Shown here: one piece after another, positions 46,201-56,400 of the stretch
Layout of the letters: every line of letters begins with the position of its first letter
Numbering within the stretch: position 1 is the stretch's first letter
Source: a virus
Taxonomy: Duplodnaviria > Caudoviricetes
Virus record (IMG/VR): IMGVR_UViG_3300032301_000913
Span: 1-64,000 of that record
Reading direction: 5' to 3' (one strand)
Length of the DNA: 64,000 nucleotides
Made by a program: the position numbers and the translations under genes
The notes under the pieces: model-generated
Seen by the model: the letters and a program-made list of their open reading frames with translations, nothing else
Told to the model about the DNA's origin: nothing
The model's database searches: none

Positions 46201-48870
46201 GGAAATGGTGTAGTATTTTCTTCCATTGGTTCTGGAAATGCACATCAACTTGAAATGTATAAGAAAAATGAAAAGGCAATTATTACTTTGGATAATGTTG
46301 TACAGTATCCTATAATTAGAACTCCAATTGTACATACATTATCCGGAAATGGTGGCACAATTTCAATAGCATCTTCAATATTTGCTTTGAGTGGAATATC
46401 TACAATAGTACCAAATGATATTCTCAAAATTGATAATGAATATATGAAAATTGAAAATGTTGGATTGGGAACTACAAATAAAGGTCCAATAACAAATATT
46501 GGAACAATTCCTTTGGTAAAAGTTTCTAGAGGATTTGTGGGATCATCAGCAACAACTCATACCGATTCCTCATCTGCAAGAATATATAAGGGTTCATACA
46601 ATATAGTTGACAACAAGATTCATTTTGTAGAATCTCCAAGAGGAAATCCACAAATAATTACTGATAATAGCAACTTACCATTCCAGACATCAGATTTTAA
46701 TGGAAGAGTATTTTTGAGAAATGATTATGAAACAAATGTAGTTTATGATGATATTTCCAATCAATTTAATGGAATAGGTAGAACATTTACATTAACTATT
46801 GATGGAAGTAATACTGTTGGATTAGGAAGTACTGGTGGAAATGGTATTTTGTTCATTAATAATGTTTTTCAAACGCCAACAACAGATAATAATACAAACA
46901 ATAATTTTAAAATAATTGAGAACTCTATAGCAGGAATTACAAGTGTTGTATTTTCGGGAATTCAAGATCCACAAACCAAAAATATAATAACATCAAAATA
47001 TGATGTAAATCAAAATCAGACTCCAAGAGGCGGAATAATAATTTCTCTCGGATCATCTGCTGGTCTAGGTTATGAACCTCTAGTTGGAGCATCAGTAACT
47101 GCTGTAGTTGGTGCTGGTGGATCAATCGTTTCAATTGGTATTGGAACTATGGGAAATTATGGGTCTGGATATAATGGATTAGTTTCTATAGGCGTATCGG
47201 TCTATGAAAATGGACATACTGGTACATCAGCAACAATAACTGCATCCGTAGGGGCAGGTGGTATATTATCTTTCCGGGTAGTAGGTGGTGGAACTGGATA
47301 CATAAATCCTAAAGTATTTGTTTCAGAACCTTCTTACGAAAACCTTGAAGTTGTTGGAATATCCAGATATGGAATAGGAGCAACCACATCCACTGGAACA
47401 GGACTTTTGATGAATGTTGTAGTTGGAGCAAGTTCTACAACTGGAATTGGATCTACCTATTTTGAAGTAACTGGATTCAATATTTCTAGACAAGGATATT
47501 CATTCAGGCGTGGAGATGTATTTACTCCAGTTGGATTAGTTACTGATAGAAGGTTAGCGTCCCCGCTGGCCAAATTTAGTCTGACAGTAATTGATACTTT
47601 TACAGATTCTTTTGCGGCTTGGCAATTTGGAGAATTGGATTATATCGATTCAATTAAAAAATATCAAGATGGTGTTCGTCAGAGATTTCCATTATTTTAC
47701 AATGGAGATTTGCTCAGTTTTAATAAAAATGAAGAATCCGATCCATTATTGGAATTGGATAAATGTTTATTAATATTCATTAATGGAATTATTCAAGAAC
47801 CCGGATTTGCATATGAATTTGAAGGTGGTACATCATTTAAATTTACTACAGCACCAAAAAAAGAAGATAATGTTGCAATATTCTTCTATAGGGGAACAAA
47901 AGGTGCTGATAGTGATTTGGTCACAAATGTTGACCAATCATTAAAGGAAGGTGATACTGTTCAAGTATTGAAGAATAATAGCATTCCTGGAACAATTACG
48001 CAGGATCAGAGAACTATAACAAATTTAAGTTTTTCTGATAAGTTTGAAACAGATCTATATTCTGGGCAGGGGGTTGACGTTAATAATTATAAACCATTAA
48101 GTTGGTTAAAACAGAAAGTTGATAAGACTCTGAATGGACAAATAGTTTACAAGTCCAGAGATTCAATTGAATCTCAAGTATACCCAACTGCAAATATTAT
48201 AAGAACATTTTCATCTACAGATACTGAAATTTTTGTCGATGATGTAAGATTCTTTGATTATGGGGATGCAACTATAGAATCTTTTGATGCTTTAATTGTT
48301 AATGGAATTTCCACAACTCCACAATCTTCAGTTGAATTAATTTCTAATATTAATACAATTAATGGATTTTCAGGAATTATTACCGGAATAACAACTACAA
48401 CAGGAACCTTAGGAAATCCTTTAGCAATTAAGTTTTTCTTAAAATCCAATACTCCACAATTTACTGGATTAGATACCGGATATCCAATTTATATCTTTGA
48501 TACTTGTGTTGGAAATGGAGTTACTTCTATTAATAATTCAAATTCTTCTATAGTTGGTATCGGATCATCATTCCTAGATAATATATACAGCATACATCAA
48601 CTGAATTCATCCGGATCTAATGGTAGTATTACTTGCAATATTCACTCATCATCTTCAATAGTTGGAATTGCAACTACTGGAAGTACAACAAATCCTGTAG
48701 GAAAATTCTCTTGGGGCAAAATGTCCGGATTTTCCAGATCGAGTTCACCAATTTCTATTGGTGTTTCTGGAAATATTGTTACTTCTGGACTATCCACATT
48801 TGCAACAATTCAAAGAAGAGGTACTGGATTGAGACAAACCGGAGCACTAAATAAAGGCAACGTTATCTAA
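37246..48870 (+). CDS. g7: baseplate wedge initiator gp7, cyanophage long form (3874 aa)
   Basis: N-terminal IKNARSFYQSKGTDESFRILFNVLYG; HSPIIGWAYDGNP; position between gp6 and gp8. Confidence 0.85.
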   Translation: MVGTGFESRVKVQQIIQNQLPEFILDESPNTAEFLKQYYISQEYQGGPVDIAENLDQYLKLDNLTPEVIIGKVGLTTNIDSNAGIITVTSTKGFPQKYGLIKIDDEIITYTGITTNTFTGCIRGFSGVTNYHQDLNYEELVFSESEKVSHTKNTSVENLSSLFLKEFYKKLKSSLTPGLENNDFVSDLNVGNFIKNARSFYQSKGTDESFRILFNVLYGVTPKVVNLEEFLIKPSSADFIRREVVVAERISGDPTKLVGQTIKKSTDTITSASVSEVETFTRKNKQYFKISLFVGYNEFSAVEGNFTITPNTKCLEDVQIGSSIISVDSTIGFPKSGTLFSGNNVISYTSKSINQFFGCSGIKYAISLSADIRSDEIYYGYEDGDVTNVTKKVEFRLTGVLSKFKQISESLTVSEGDEIYVKNLGEIIKNPSENKSYKQIFANSWIYNTSSRYKVTSINGSAFVLSSSIDKSSLKVGDQVEIVERGTNNILSNPLNLPYVSVIVSDTQVNLNNLSGFVVNDKEEYDLRRKINKASSSVVPIEFGNNAIISDIQNVYNQNDEYMYVASNSLPSNNNGLTIPYTYQITKNINTVNVSGLSDQISSGRYSTLLFNDTVPFINGDRVYYSPPENSTLDLETGSYYVQVLSPGNKIRLYGSKAFVGGNQNVTFANVNFTSETHELVLYSQKSSEISAQKLLKKYPLNPNIKNGGSEVTIPGSIGMLINGVEIKNYKSDNKIYYGPLESVSVLNGGNKYDVINPPLVTVSSGEGITALVQPVISGSIDRVYIDSQDFDIGKIISIDVTGGNGGGTNLEPIIKKRAREVYFDARMTKGINISNDTIQFLTNHNFTSGDPIIYNSNGNLPLGIGTYLGSNQDQNKTLTNNATYYAKVDNSSTIRLYSTFSDYSSGINTVGFTTTNTSGIHKFITISNKNTLSEVKVISGGSGYTNRKLIVNPTGISTINHTISFNNHGFNDGELVVYNYQTSTISGISTTNQYYILKFDNNSFRLCDAGIAGTNRTNYIRKNYIKFSSIGSGYQYFNYPKISVSIQYSPVGIEDSIQSITATPVVRGSIIDAYLYESGTGYGSSILNLHKKPIIKIKTGKESQISPVIINGSISAVNVKYGGYEYYSIPDLIVEDFSGSGSGAELRAIVIDNKIRSVSIINPGIGYSSSSTTVKVVPAGLNAIFDSTVRALRVNNVERFGDELLIESDNKLQYSICGYYNTLRLSLNDDGTQHSPIIGWAYDGNPVYGAYGYTDKEDPNTQQKLLTSGYELNTSNIFNRPIGFSDGFFVEDYRYTNSGDLDQNNGRFGKTPEFPNGVYAYFAPIAEGTFKSIFPYFIGNTYRSNIIKENLNISQNYDFNNSTLLRNTFPYKISDRYADYDFLVESDEILNQKTIIESVSDGYVNSIDILNSGSDYKVNDILQFDDTGTDGGGLIAKVSSLKGKDIVKVDTTVESYENAIFNWVDSNQIKVSILPNHNLVDNDYVIISGFSTDLSNLNGSYKIGITSQYSNVLKDIPASTVGLSTEIYVTQLPSEAVSVGSSIKIGSETLQILEVFKNLNILKVQRGLTGISHTATTPIYFTPDSFIISKNIDYFESNLNSKIYFNPTKSIGIGTEVGITSSITFQFGDSNITRTIPTQGIYIDNHGFKTNQQIIFRRSISEYISVSTSPTGIPVNIPTSGNSQTFYAVNKNKNTIGIKTSINSPELFFISLNSGNDDEKYSFESTYSQVVGKVERIKSTVSVSTSHELSNGDNILLKVQPSLSVGIGTSISVYVKRNSTTGNILINPIGFNSTGINTLTSTITINLHNLNTGDKVHYSSDLVASGLSTNSYYVYKINDNKIKLSETYIDSKTIPPITISIGSTGGKNHIISPINPQIISIKNNNLIFNLSDSSLSGYKFKIYYDQEFNNEFVSTAKTTGFTLSGVGTVGVSSTASLKINYDSSLPTKLYYSLEKNGYISTSDTSVDNYSEILFTNSAYDSHLNRNIFGVGSTTFSFSLNRIPEKLSYFQNECETLEYSTNSVSAKGPINKINIISGGTDYKKLPVFKGSNSVSGKDAYLIPKSNTIGNIKEFRITNEGFEYSSDKTLQPFAHISPLITIENSDTIGVVTVTNGGTNYINSPTIVIVDTITGKKIDSGVLEAKLADNTISSVNILQSPKGLPSTSVRLSATNNTNGVSIRSVESSSTGIFTCYITTPILGYSTPPFSIGDKVFIEGIVKSGTTGTGFNSEDYGYEFFTVSNYQQTNPDKVTINISKLTSNTGVANVIQDSFASIIHSNNYPSFEITQEPSYFLVGEKIISNNIERDLIITNSSETSIKVFGSYELSPEEVIKGKESGNIATIKKIENNLGMFDVGYSIRKDIGWSNDIGKLDYDNQSIPDNDYYQNLSYTVKSPLEYEKLKTSINNLLHTSGLKNFADTGITSTASSQITGNTVDSLILDVVNETRVDTVYNFDLVKDIDVLDTYSKMIKLENTILTPYIKCGNNVVLAIDNINREFSNLETEPSEFLNILKLESSDSYNNILFRISNIDNTKIQLTELVILNNTIDTFLLTKNSISNTGEQFGEFSIFTDEFGDSYLRFNPTNPYDNDYDLKNIKTRFNTIFAGIGTQSIGFVDLIGSNSEAQSGITTSIISVQKNKLESLYADIQVIDPITNKMNFVELYLAHDGTNTYISEYYVDSESQTGNYSGNFIGSFSSTISSGILSLNFNNTSTNKVKIGSKIVGFGSTAIGIGTYRFKQSGQIAGNERTAKYESKYQSNVSTASTDIISLNKNDFNAVKSLVKVSYGSTISLHHVSLLHDTINIFIEQSPFLSVGSITGIGTFGGEYSGSNVILKFYKSPEVTDTVNVSSFNQCLYTVIDGVNIPPNLIYGTLTDSVEVNSYNAINGGRINKTAFSMTSNQYPIFAKTFNPSNTSILNTSTGTFTIDNHFFSNGERLIYTPKSTYIGVFASALMVGVSPLPSEVYVIREDSSNFRLALTKNDALTGNGVVFSSIGSGNAHQLEMYKKNEKAIITLDNVVQYPIIRTPIVHTLSGNGGTISIASSIFALSGISTIVPNDILKIDNEYMKIENVGLGTTNKGPITNIGTIPLVKVSRGFVGSSATTHTDSSSARIYKGSYNIVDNKIHFVESPRGNPQIITDNSNLPFQTSDFNGRVFLRNDYETNVVYDDISNQFNGIGRTFTLTIDGSNTVGLGSTGGNGILFINNVFQTPTTDNNTNNNFKIIENSIAGITSVVFSGIQDPQTKNIITSKYDVNQNQTPRGGIIISLGSSAGLGYEPLVGASVTAVVGAGGSIVSIGIGTMGNYGSGYNGLVSIGVSVYENGHTGTSATITASVGAGGILSFRVVGGGTGYINPKVFVSEPSYENLEVVGISRYGIGATTSTGTGLLMNVVVGASSTTGIGSTYFEVTGFNISRQGYSFRRGDVFTPVGLVTDRRLASPLAKFSLTVIDTFTDSFAAWQFGELDYIDSIKKYQDGVRQRFPLFYNGDLLSFNKNEESDPLLELDKCLLIFINGIIQEPGFAYEFEGGTSFKFTTAPKKEDNVAIFFYRGTKGADSDLVTNVDQSLKEGDTVQVLKNNSIPGTITQDQRTITNLSFSDKFETDLYSGQGVDVNNYKPLSWLKQKVDKTLNGQIVYKSRDSIESQVYPTANIIRTFSSTDTEIFVDDVRFFDYGDATIESFDALIVNGISTTPQSSVELISNINTINGFSGIITGITTTTGTLGNPLAIKFFLKSNTPQFTGLDTGYPIYIFDTCVGNGVTSINNSNSSIVGIGSSFLDNIYSIHQLNSSGSNGSITCNIHSSSSIVGIATTGSTTNPVGKFSWGKMSGFSRSSSPISIGVSGNIVTSGLSTFATIQRRGTGLRQTGALNKGNVI

Positions 48871-48884
48871 TCCCAATAATACAG

Positions 48885-48892
48885 TATAAATA
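48885..48892 (+). promoter_or_regulatory. T4-type late promoter
   Basis: TATAAATA before gp8. Confidence 0.75.
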
Positions 48893-48909
48893 TAGAAAAA
48901 ACAATTAAT

Positions 48910-50472
48910 ATGTCTGCAATTGTAACAGATCAATTTAGAATTTTAAATGCTAATAATTTCGTTGATTCCGTACTGAACACTGCGAATTCATATTATGTAT
49001 TTGTAGGTCTTCCCAACCCATCATCGGATGGATTTGGTAGATCCGATAATTGGAATCCGGTTAATAGTGGGGATTTGGATATTCCAGATCCTATAGATAA
49101 TATCCAATATTTAAATCATTATCGAGATACTGCAATATTTGGAAAAAGAGTAACTAGTTCAAATATTAGAAGAATTATAAGAAGAATTGATTGGACTGCA
49201 AATGTAAAATATGAAATGTATAGGCATGATTATAGTATTCTAAATCAGTCGCCAATATCAAACTCAAGTAGACTTTATGATACTAGTTATTATGTGATGA
49301 ATAGTGACTATAAGGTTTATATTTGCATTGATAATGGTTCTTCTGGAGCAAATCTTAAAGGAAATGGTTCTAAAGATGAACCAACATTTACTGATTTAGA
49401 ACCATCGGCGGCCGGAGTAAGCGGAGATGGGTATTTGTGGAAATATTTATTTACTGTTTCGCCAAGTGATATTATAAAATTTGACTCTACTGAATATATT
49501 GCCGTTCCGAATGATTGGGGAACTACATCAGATTCTCAAATTGTTTCCGTTAGAGAAAATGGAAATTCTTCGGTAAACTATAATCAAATTAAGAAAGTTT
49601 ATATTGCAAATGGTGGGAAAGGTTATTCTCCAGGAGAAGTCAATATTTTGGGTGATGGTTCTGGAGGAAAAGTTCTGATAGAAGTTGATAGTACTGGATC
49701 AATAATTTCCACAACAGTAACTTCTGGTGGAAGTGGATATACTTATGGGATAGTTGATTTGGGTAGTGTACAACCTGCGGGAAGTCTTCCAAATCCAGCA
49801 AAACTTATACCAATCATTCCACCATCAAAAGGGCATGGTTACGATCTCTACTCCGAATTGGGAACTGATAAAATATTAATATATGCCAGATTTGATGATT
49901 CTACAAAAGATTTTCCAACTGATACAAAATTTTCCCAGATTGGTATTTTGAAAAATCCTACCTCATACAGTTCTACTTCAGTTTTTACTCAGAATCAATA
50001 TTCTTCACTATATTCAATTAAACTTACATCATCATTTAGTGGAAGTCCTGCTATTGGGGAAGAAATTTCTCAAATAGTGACTGGAGGAAAAGCGAGAGGA
50101 TATGTGGCATCTTATGATAGTACAACTAAAGTTTTGAAATACTTTAGAGATAGATCATTATATTTTGGCACAACAGGTTATATTGATGAAACCGATTACA
50201 TATCCTCGGATACTAGAATACCTGAAGTATTAGAATTTCAATCATCAACAAATACTATTAGTCCATTTTCTGGACCTATTGACACCACATTTAATAGTGA
50301 TAAGGTTACTATTGGGACTAAAGTTATTAATTTGGGAGTATCCTTTTTGGGAGGTCTTGCAAATCCGGAGATAAATAAAGAATCGGGAGATGTTATCTAT
50401 ATTGATAATAGACCTTTAGTTTCTAGAAGCTCCAGACAAAAAGAAGACATTAAAATTATCCTGGAATTTTAA
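48910..50472 (+). CDS. g8: baseplate wedge subunit gp8
   Basis: MSAIVTDQFRILNANNF...YKVYICIDNG...DGYLWKYL...QKEDIKIILEF. Confidence 0.92.
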   Translation: MSAIVTDQFRILNANNFVDSVLNTANSYYVFVGLPNPSSDGFGRSDNWNPVNSGDLDIPDPIDNIQYLNHYRDTAIFGKRVTSSNIRRIIRRIDWTANVKYEMYRHDYSILNQSPISNSSRLYDTSYYVMNSDYKVYICIDNGSSGANLKGNGSKDEPTFTDLEPSAAGVSGDGYLWKYLFTVSPSDIIKFDSTEYIAVPNDWGTTSDSQIVSVRENGNSSVNYNQIKKVYIANGGKGYSPGEVNILGDGSGGKVLIEVDSTGSIISTTVTSGGSGYTYGIVDLGSVQPAGSLPNPAKLIPIIPPSKGHGYDLYSELGTDKILIYARFDDSTKDFPTDTKFSQIGILKNPTSYSSTSVFTQNQYSSLYSIKLTSSFSGSPAIGEEISQIVTGGKARGYVASYDSTTKVLKYFRDRSLYFGTTGYIDETDYISSDTRIPEVLEFQSSTNTISPFSGPIDTTFNSDKVTIGTKVINLGVSFLGGLANPEINKESGDVIYIDNRPLVSRSSRQKEDIKIILEF

Positions 50473-50477
50473 CAAAA

Positions 50478-53400
50478 ATGGCACAAAAAACAGATTTAAA
50501 TATCAGTCCATATTATGATGACTTTGATTCTAAGAAAAATTTTTATAAAGTACTGTTTAATCCTGGGCGACCTATTCAAGCAAGGGAATTAACAACTTTA
50601 CAATCAATTCTACAAAATCAAATAGAAACTTTTGGTAGTCATATGTTTAAAGAGGGATCAATGGTGATTCCAGGAAACATTGCATATGATGGACAGTTTT
50701 ACTCAGTAAAACTTAATCCAACTAATTTTGGTATTGATATTTCTGTTTATATTAATAGTTTTATTGGTAAAAAAATAATTGGACAATCTTCAAGAACAAC
50801 AGCAACTATTCAATATGTTGCTCTTCCAGATAATATTAATGTAGAAGATTTAACAATATATGTAAAATACTTAGAATCTGATAAGAACTTCGTATTCAAT
50901 CCATTTGAAGATGGTGAATCATTAATTGCTGAAGAAAATATAACTTATGGAAATACTACCATTAATGCAGGAACCCCTTTTGCATCTCTAATTTCATTGG
51001 ATGCAACTTCAGTGGGATCTGCAGCATCTATTGGTGATGGAGTATACTTTATCAGAGGTTATTTTGCAAATGTATCCAAACAAACTATATTGCTTGATAA
51101 TTATACAAATACCCCATCATATAGAGTTGGATTGAAGATTGATGAATTAATAATTAATCCAAAAGATGATAATTCCCTATATGATAATGCAAAGGGTTTT
51201 ACTAATTATGCAGCTCCGGGAGCAGATAGATTTAAAATTAATTTAACTTTAACTAAAAAATTAATAAGTGATACAAATGATACTGATTTTGTAGAATTAT
51301 TGCGGGTTCAAGATGGAAAAATTAAAAAAATTGAAGAAAAAACTCAATACAACAAAATTAGAGATTATTTGGCAGAAAGAACCTATGATGAATCTGGAGA
51401 TTATTCGGTAACACCATTCACCACAACTATACACAATTCACTAAATGACAGATTGGGCAGTAATGGATTATTTTTTGATAATGAAACCACAGATCAAAAT
51501 AATTCACCATCAAAAGATTTGATGTGCATCAAAATATCCCCAGGTAAAGCATATGTTAGGGGATATGATGTAGATAAAACTTCAACAACAATTATTGATG
51601 TTGAAAAACCCAGAGATACTGAAACTATATCTACAGTAAATATTCCCTTTGAAATGGGAAATATTTTAAGAGTTAATAGAGTATCGGGAACACCAAAACA
51701 GAATGCCATTGTTAATTTGTATGGTCAATTAAATACTGATGGGGAAATAATTGGTGGGGCAAGAGTTTATAGTCTAAAATTGACCGATTCTGCATATAGT
51801 AGGGATGCCACTAATTGGGACTTATGTTTATACGATATTCAAACTTATACTAAATTAGAATTAAATAAATCTATATCAGATAGTGAACTTCCTAAATCAT
51901 CTTTTGTGAAGGGAAAAAGCAGTGGTGCTAGCGGTTATGCCGTTGATTCTGGTGGAGCGTCAACAATTATAAAATTGAGTCAAACTTCAGGAACATTTTC
52001 CAAAGGTGAACAACTAATAATTAATGGCATAAATTCTTCAACATCTATTAAAACCATCACATCATATGGAACTCAGAATATAAAATCAGTAAAACAACCT
52101 ACTGCTATCTCTGGTCTTCCTATAGAATTTAGTGCAAATGCTTTTCTTGAAAGATTTAACTTTCAAAATAATATAACTACAGTAACTATCAATGGCAGTA
52201 CTATAACCTCTGCGGGGAAACAATTTAGTGGTGTACGCGAAAATACAATTATTCGATACCAAAAACCAGGATCTACTGTCGAAACATATAATAGAATATC
52301 TTCAGTTTCTGCTAATGGATTAACACTAACTGTTTCACCAATTACTACTTCAGTTTCCGGTGTTTTTGATGGGACATTATCTGGAGCAGGATCTACTACT
52401 ACAAATATTCAAATTGGAGCTCCAATTGTAAGAAACGAGTCTAAGGGATACTTATATGCACAATTACCAGATTCAAATGTATCTTCAGTAAATCTTTCAG
52501 ATTCTTTATTGACAATTTCTACACAAATTACAGGAGAAACGACAGATATTACTGGAAAATTAGTTCTCAATTCTTCAGATATTATTGGAATTTCGAGTGC
52601 ATTTTTTACTGCATTTGATGAAGAAAGATATTCTGTTCACTATTCTGGAGGTGGAATTGGTACAATAACTCAAGATTCATTTAGTATAAATCCAAGTTTG
52701 AATCAAGTAACAATTAGTGGATTAAATGCAAATGCTACTGGTGTTGTAGTGAATGCAACGGTCGTTAAAAATGGAATTCAAAGTAAGAAAAAGACTTATA
52801 ATAGAAGTAATACATTAGAAGTAGCATTTTCAAAATATCCGCAGTCTGGAACTGGGATAAGTTCTTCAATAGGTGATGGATTAACATATAACCAATTCTA
52901 TGGATTGAGAGTTCAGGATCAAGATATAAGTTTGAATTATCCGGATGTCTGTAAAGTTTTAGCAATTTATGAATCCTATGATACATCAAGTCCTTCATTA
53001 GATAAGGTACAATTTACATCCAGTGCCAATGTAACTACCAATGCTATTATTGGTGAAAATATAATTGGAAATATTAGTAAAGCAATTGCCAGAGTTGTTT
53101 CGAAACCATTAACAAATATTCTGGGGATTGTTTATCTAAATTCAGAAAGATTTTCTGAGGGAGAAACTGTAAAGTTTGAAGAATCCAATATGACTGTAGA
53201 TATTGAATCAATTACTGTAGGAAGTTATAAAGACCTCACATATACTTATCAATTGGATAAGGGGCAGAAAGATCAATATTATGATTATTCTAGAATTGTT
53301 AGAAATAAAAATGTTCCAGAACCTTCAAAAAAATTACTAATTGTATTTGATTATTATTCAGTACCATCTAATGATAGTGGTGATGTATTTACAGTTTTAA

Positions 53401-56400
53401 GTTACGATCAAGAAAGATTTACAAATGATATTCCAAATATTGGGAGAATGAATGTAAGGTCTTCGGATACTTTGGATTTTAGGCCAAGAGTTCAACCATT
53501 TTCTACCAATGATAAGTCTCCATTTGACTTTCTATCTAGAGATTTTGGTACTGGAAAGCAAATTAACCTATCATCAAATGAAAGTTCTCTGATCGGATAT
53601 GATTATTATCTACCAAGAATTGATAAATTATATCTCGATAAATTAGGCACTTTTGTAGTAGAAAAGGGTATTCCGTCAAAAAAACCAAAAGTTCCCAGTA
53701 AAAACGGCGACTCAATGGTTATTGCCACTATTACATTACCACCATATCTGTATCACCCATCAGACGCTAGGGTAACACCAGTAGATAATAGAAGATTCAC
53801 TATGCGTGATATTGGGGGAATTCAAGATAGAGTTGCTAATTTAGAAAGAGTTACTTCATTATCATTATTAGAGGTAAATACACAAACTCTACAAATTCAA
53901 GATTCTGATGGAAGAAATAGATTCAAAACCGGATTCTTTGTTGATGATTTTAAGGATTATTCATCAATTAATACCAAATTATCAGCAATTGAAATAACTC
54001 CAGCATCTGGAGAATTGCATCCGATTACTAATAGGAATTCTCTAAAATCACAACTTGCTCCAGCAACAGCACTTATTGATGAACAGTTAGACCTATCCAC
54101 AAATTATGAATTACTTGATCCAAATGTACAAAAAACTGGGAATTGTGTAACTTTAAAATACGAATCTGTAGGTTGGATAGAACAACCTTTTGCGACAAGT
54201 GTTGAGAATGTAAATCCTTTTTCGGTTCTTGCATATGTTGGAGATATTAAATTAGATCCAGATAGGGATTATTGGGTCAGAACTATACAACTTCCAGATA
54301 AGCATGTATCAAATACTTTAACAAATCCATCAATAAATCTTACTAATAATGTTCAGGTAAATCAATTTACTACAAGTAATACCAATACAAATAATGTTGT
54401 TGAAAATGTAATTTTTGGTATGGGAAATTGGAGGGAATCCAGTACTACTGCTCCAGTAGCTTCTTTATCAAGTTCATCTGCATCCTCAACTCAATCAAGT
54501 ACTTCTAGTTATTCATTATCAGATTATGATACTACTATTCAAAATATAAAGGTAGCTTCAGCAGAAGAAAAATTTATAAGATCAAGAAATATTGAGTTCT
54601 CAATATCAAATATTAAAGCTTCCACACAATTCTATCTATTCTTTGATTCAAGTAGTGCTGTTGATTTTATTCCAAAATTGGTAGAAATTTCTAACACTAC
54701 AACTTTGACAAATTATGGATCTTCTGGATCATTTATTGTTGGTGAAGAAGTCATTGGTACTAGTAATGGACAAAATCTAATTACATTCCGTGTTGCGACT
54801 GCAAATCATAAATATGGGGCATTCAATTCACCATCTAAAACCTATACAATAAATCCATATCTTAAGGATGAATCATTACCATCAACATATAGTTCATCAT
54901 CAAAAGTTTTAAATATTGACACATATTCTCTAGCACAAGAGGCACAAGGAAAATATTATGGATACTTGGTGAAGGGAATGAGACTAGTTGGACAAACTAG
55001 TGGAGCAGTTGCATATGTTAAGGATCTTAGATTAATTAGTGATAACTATGGAGATTTGATTGGGACAACTTTCTTAAGAGATCCCAATTCAACTCCAGTA
55101 CCATCAGTTAGAATTGAAACTGGAACTAAAACATTTAAAGTATCTTCAAGTTCAACAAATTCTCTAGGTCTTCCTGGAAGTACTTCAATTTCATATGCAG
55201 AAACTAATTATACTGCAGATGGTATGGTTGAGCAATGGGAAAATCTAATAACAACTACAATAAGAACAACTGATATAAACACAACTACAAATACAACTAC
55301 AACAAATACTAATATAAATTTAAATAATCATACTACAACAACGGAAACCAGATATGTAGATCCTCTTGCACAAACATTTATTGTTGGTGGAAATGTTGAA
55401 GCACCTTCACCAACAAACACCAATGATGATGTAAATGGGGCATTCTTAACATCCGTTGATTTATATTTTGCATCAAAAGATGATGGAAATTCTCCAGTAA
55501 AGGTTGAAATAAGAACCGTAGAATTGGGAACTCCAACTAGAATTAGAATTGGAAATGCAGTCACATTAAAACCCGATCAGATTAATATATCCGATGATGC
55601 AGAAACTCCAACTAAAGTTACTTTCGATTCACCAATTTACTTGGCTCCCGGAAAAGAATATGCAATAGTAGTTATTGCAGAAACAAGTCTTAAATATGAA
55701 CTATGGGCTGCAACCATGGGAGAAAAGACGGTAAACACAAAATCATTACCAGATGCAAATAGTGTAAGGTATACTACACAATTCTCTATGGGAAGTTTGT
55801 TTAAATCCCAAAATGGATCTATATGGACAGCAAGTCAGTATCAAGATCTTAAGTTTAAACTTTACAAGGCAGAGTTTACATCTCCCACAGGAACTGCATA
55901 TTTCTATAATCCAACATTAGATAAAAGTAATGGATATATTTCAAAATTATCCAATAATCCATTATCAACATCACCAAAAACTGGAACTCTTGGAATTACA
56001 ACAACATCATTAACTAGCACATTATCAGTTGGTAGAAAAATTTCAGGATCAAATTCTTCCACATATGGATATATTGTTGGTTCAGGAAGTTCGGTTGCAT
56101 CAGTATCACTTACTTCTGGAGGAAGCAATTATGTTACAGATACGGATGTAGAAACTTATAATATTATTGGAAAAGGTTCAGGTCTTAGATTGAATATTAG
56201 TGCAACAAATGGCGTAATTACTGGAACTCCAACTATTGTAAGTCTCGGTAATGGTTATTCTGCTGGTGATGTTGTTGGTATAGTAACATCATCAGTATCA
56301 AGTAATACTGGTACTGGTGCAAATATTACAATAACTGGAAATGGTAGCACTATTGACACATTATACCTATCAGGAATTCAGGGTCAGGCATTTGCAGTTG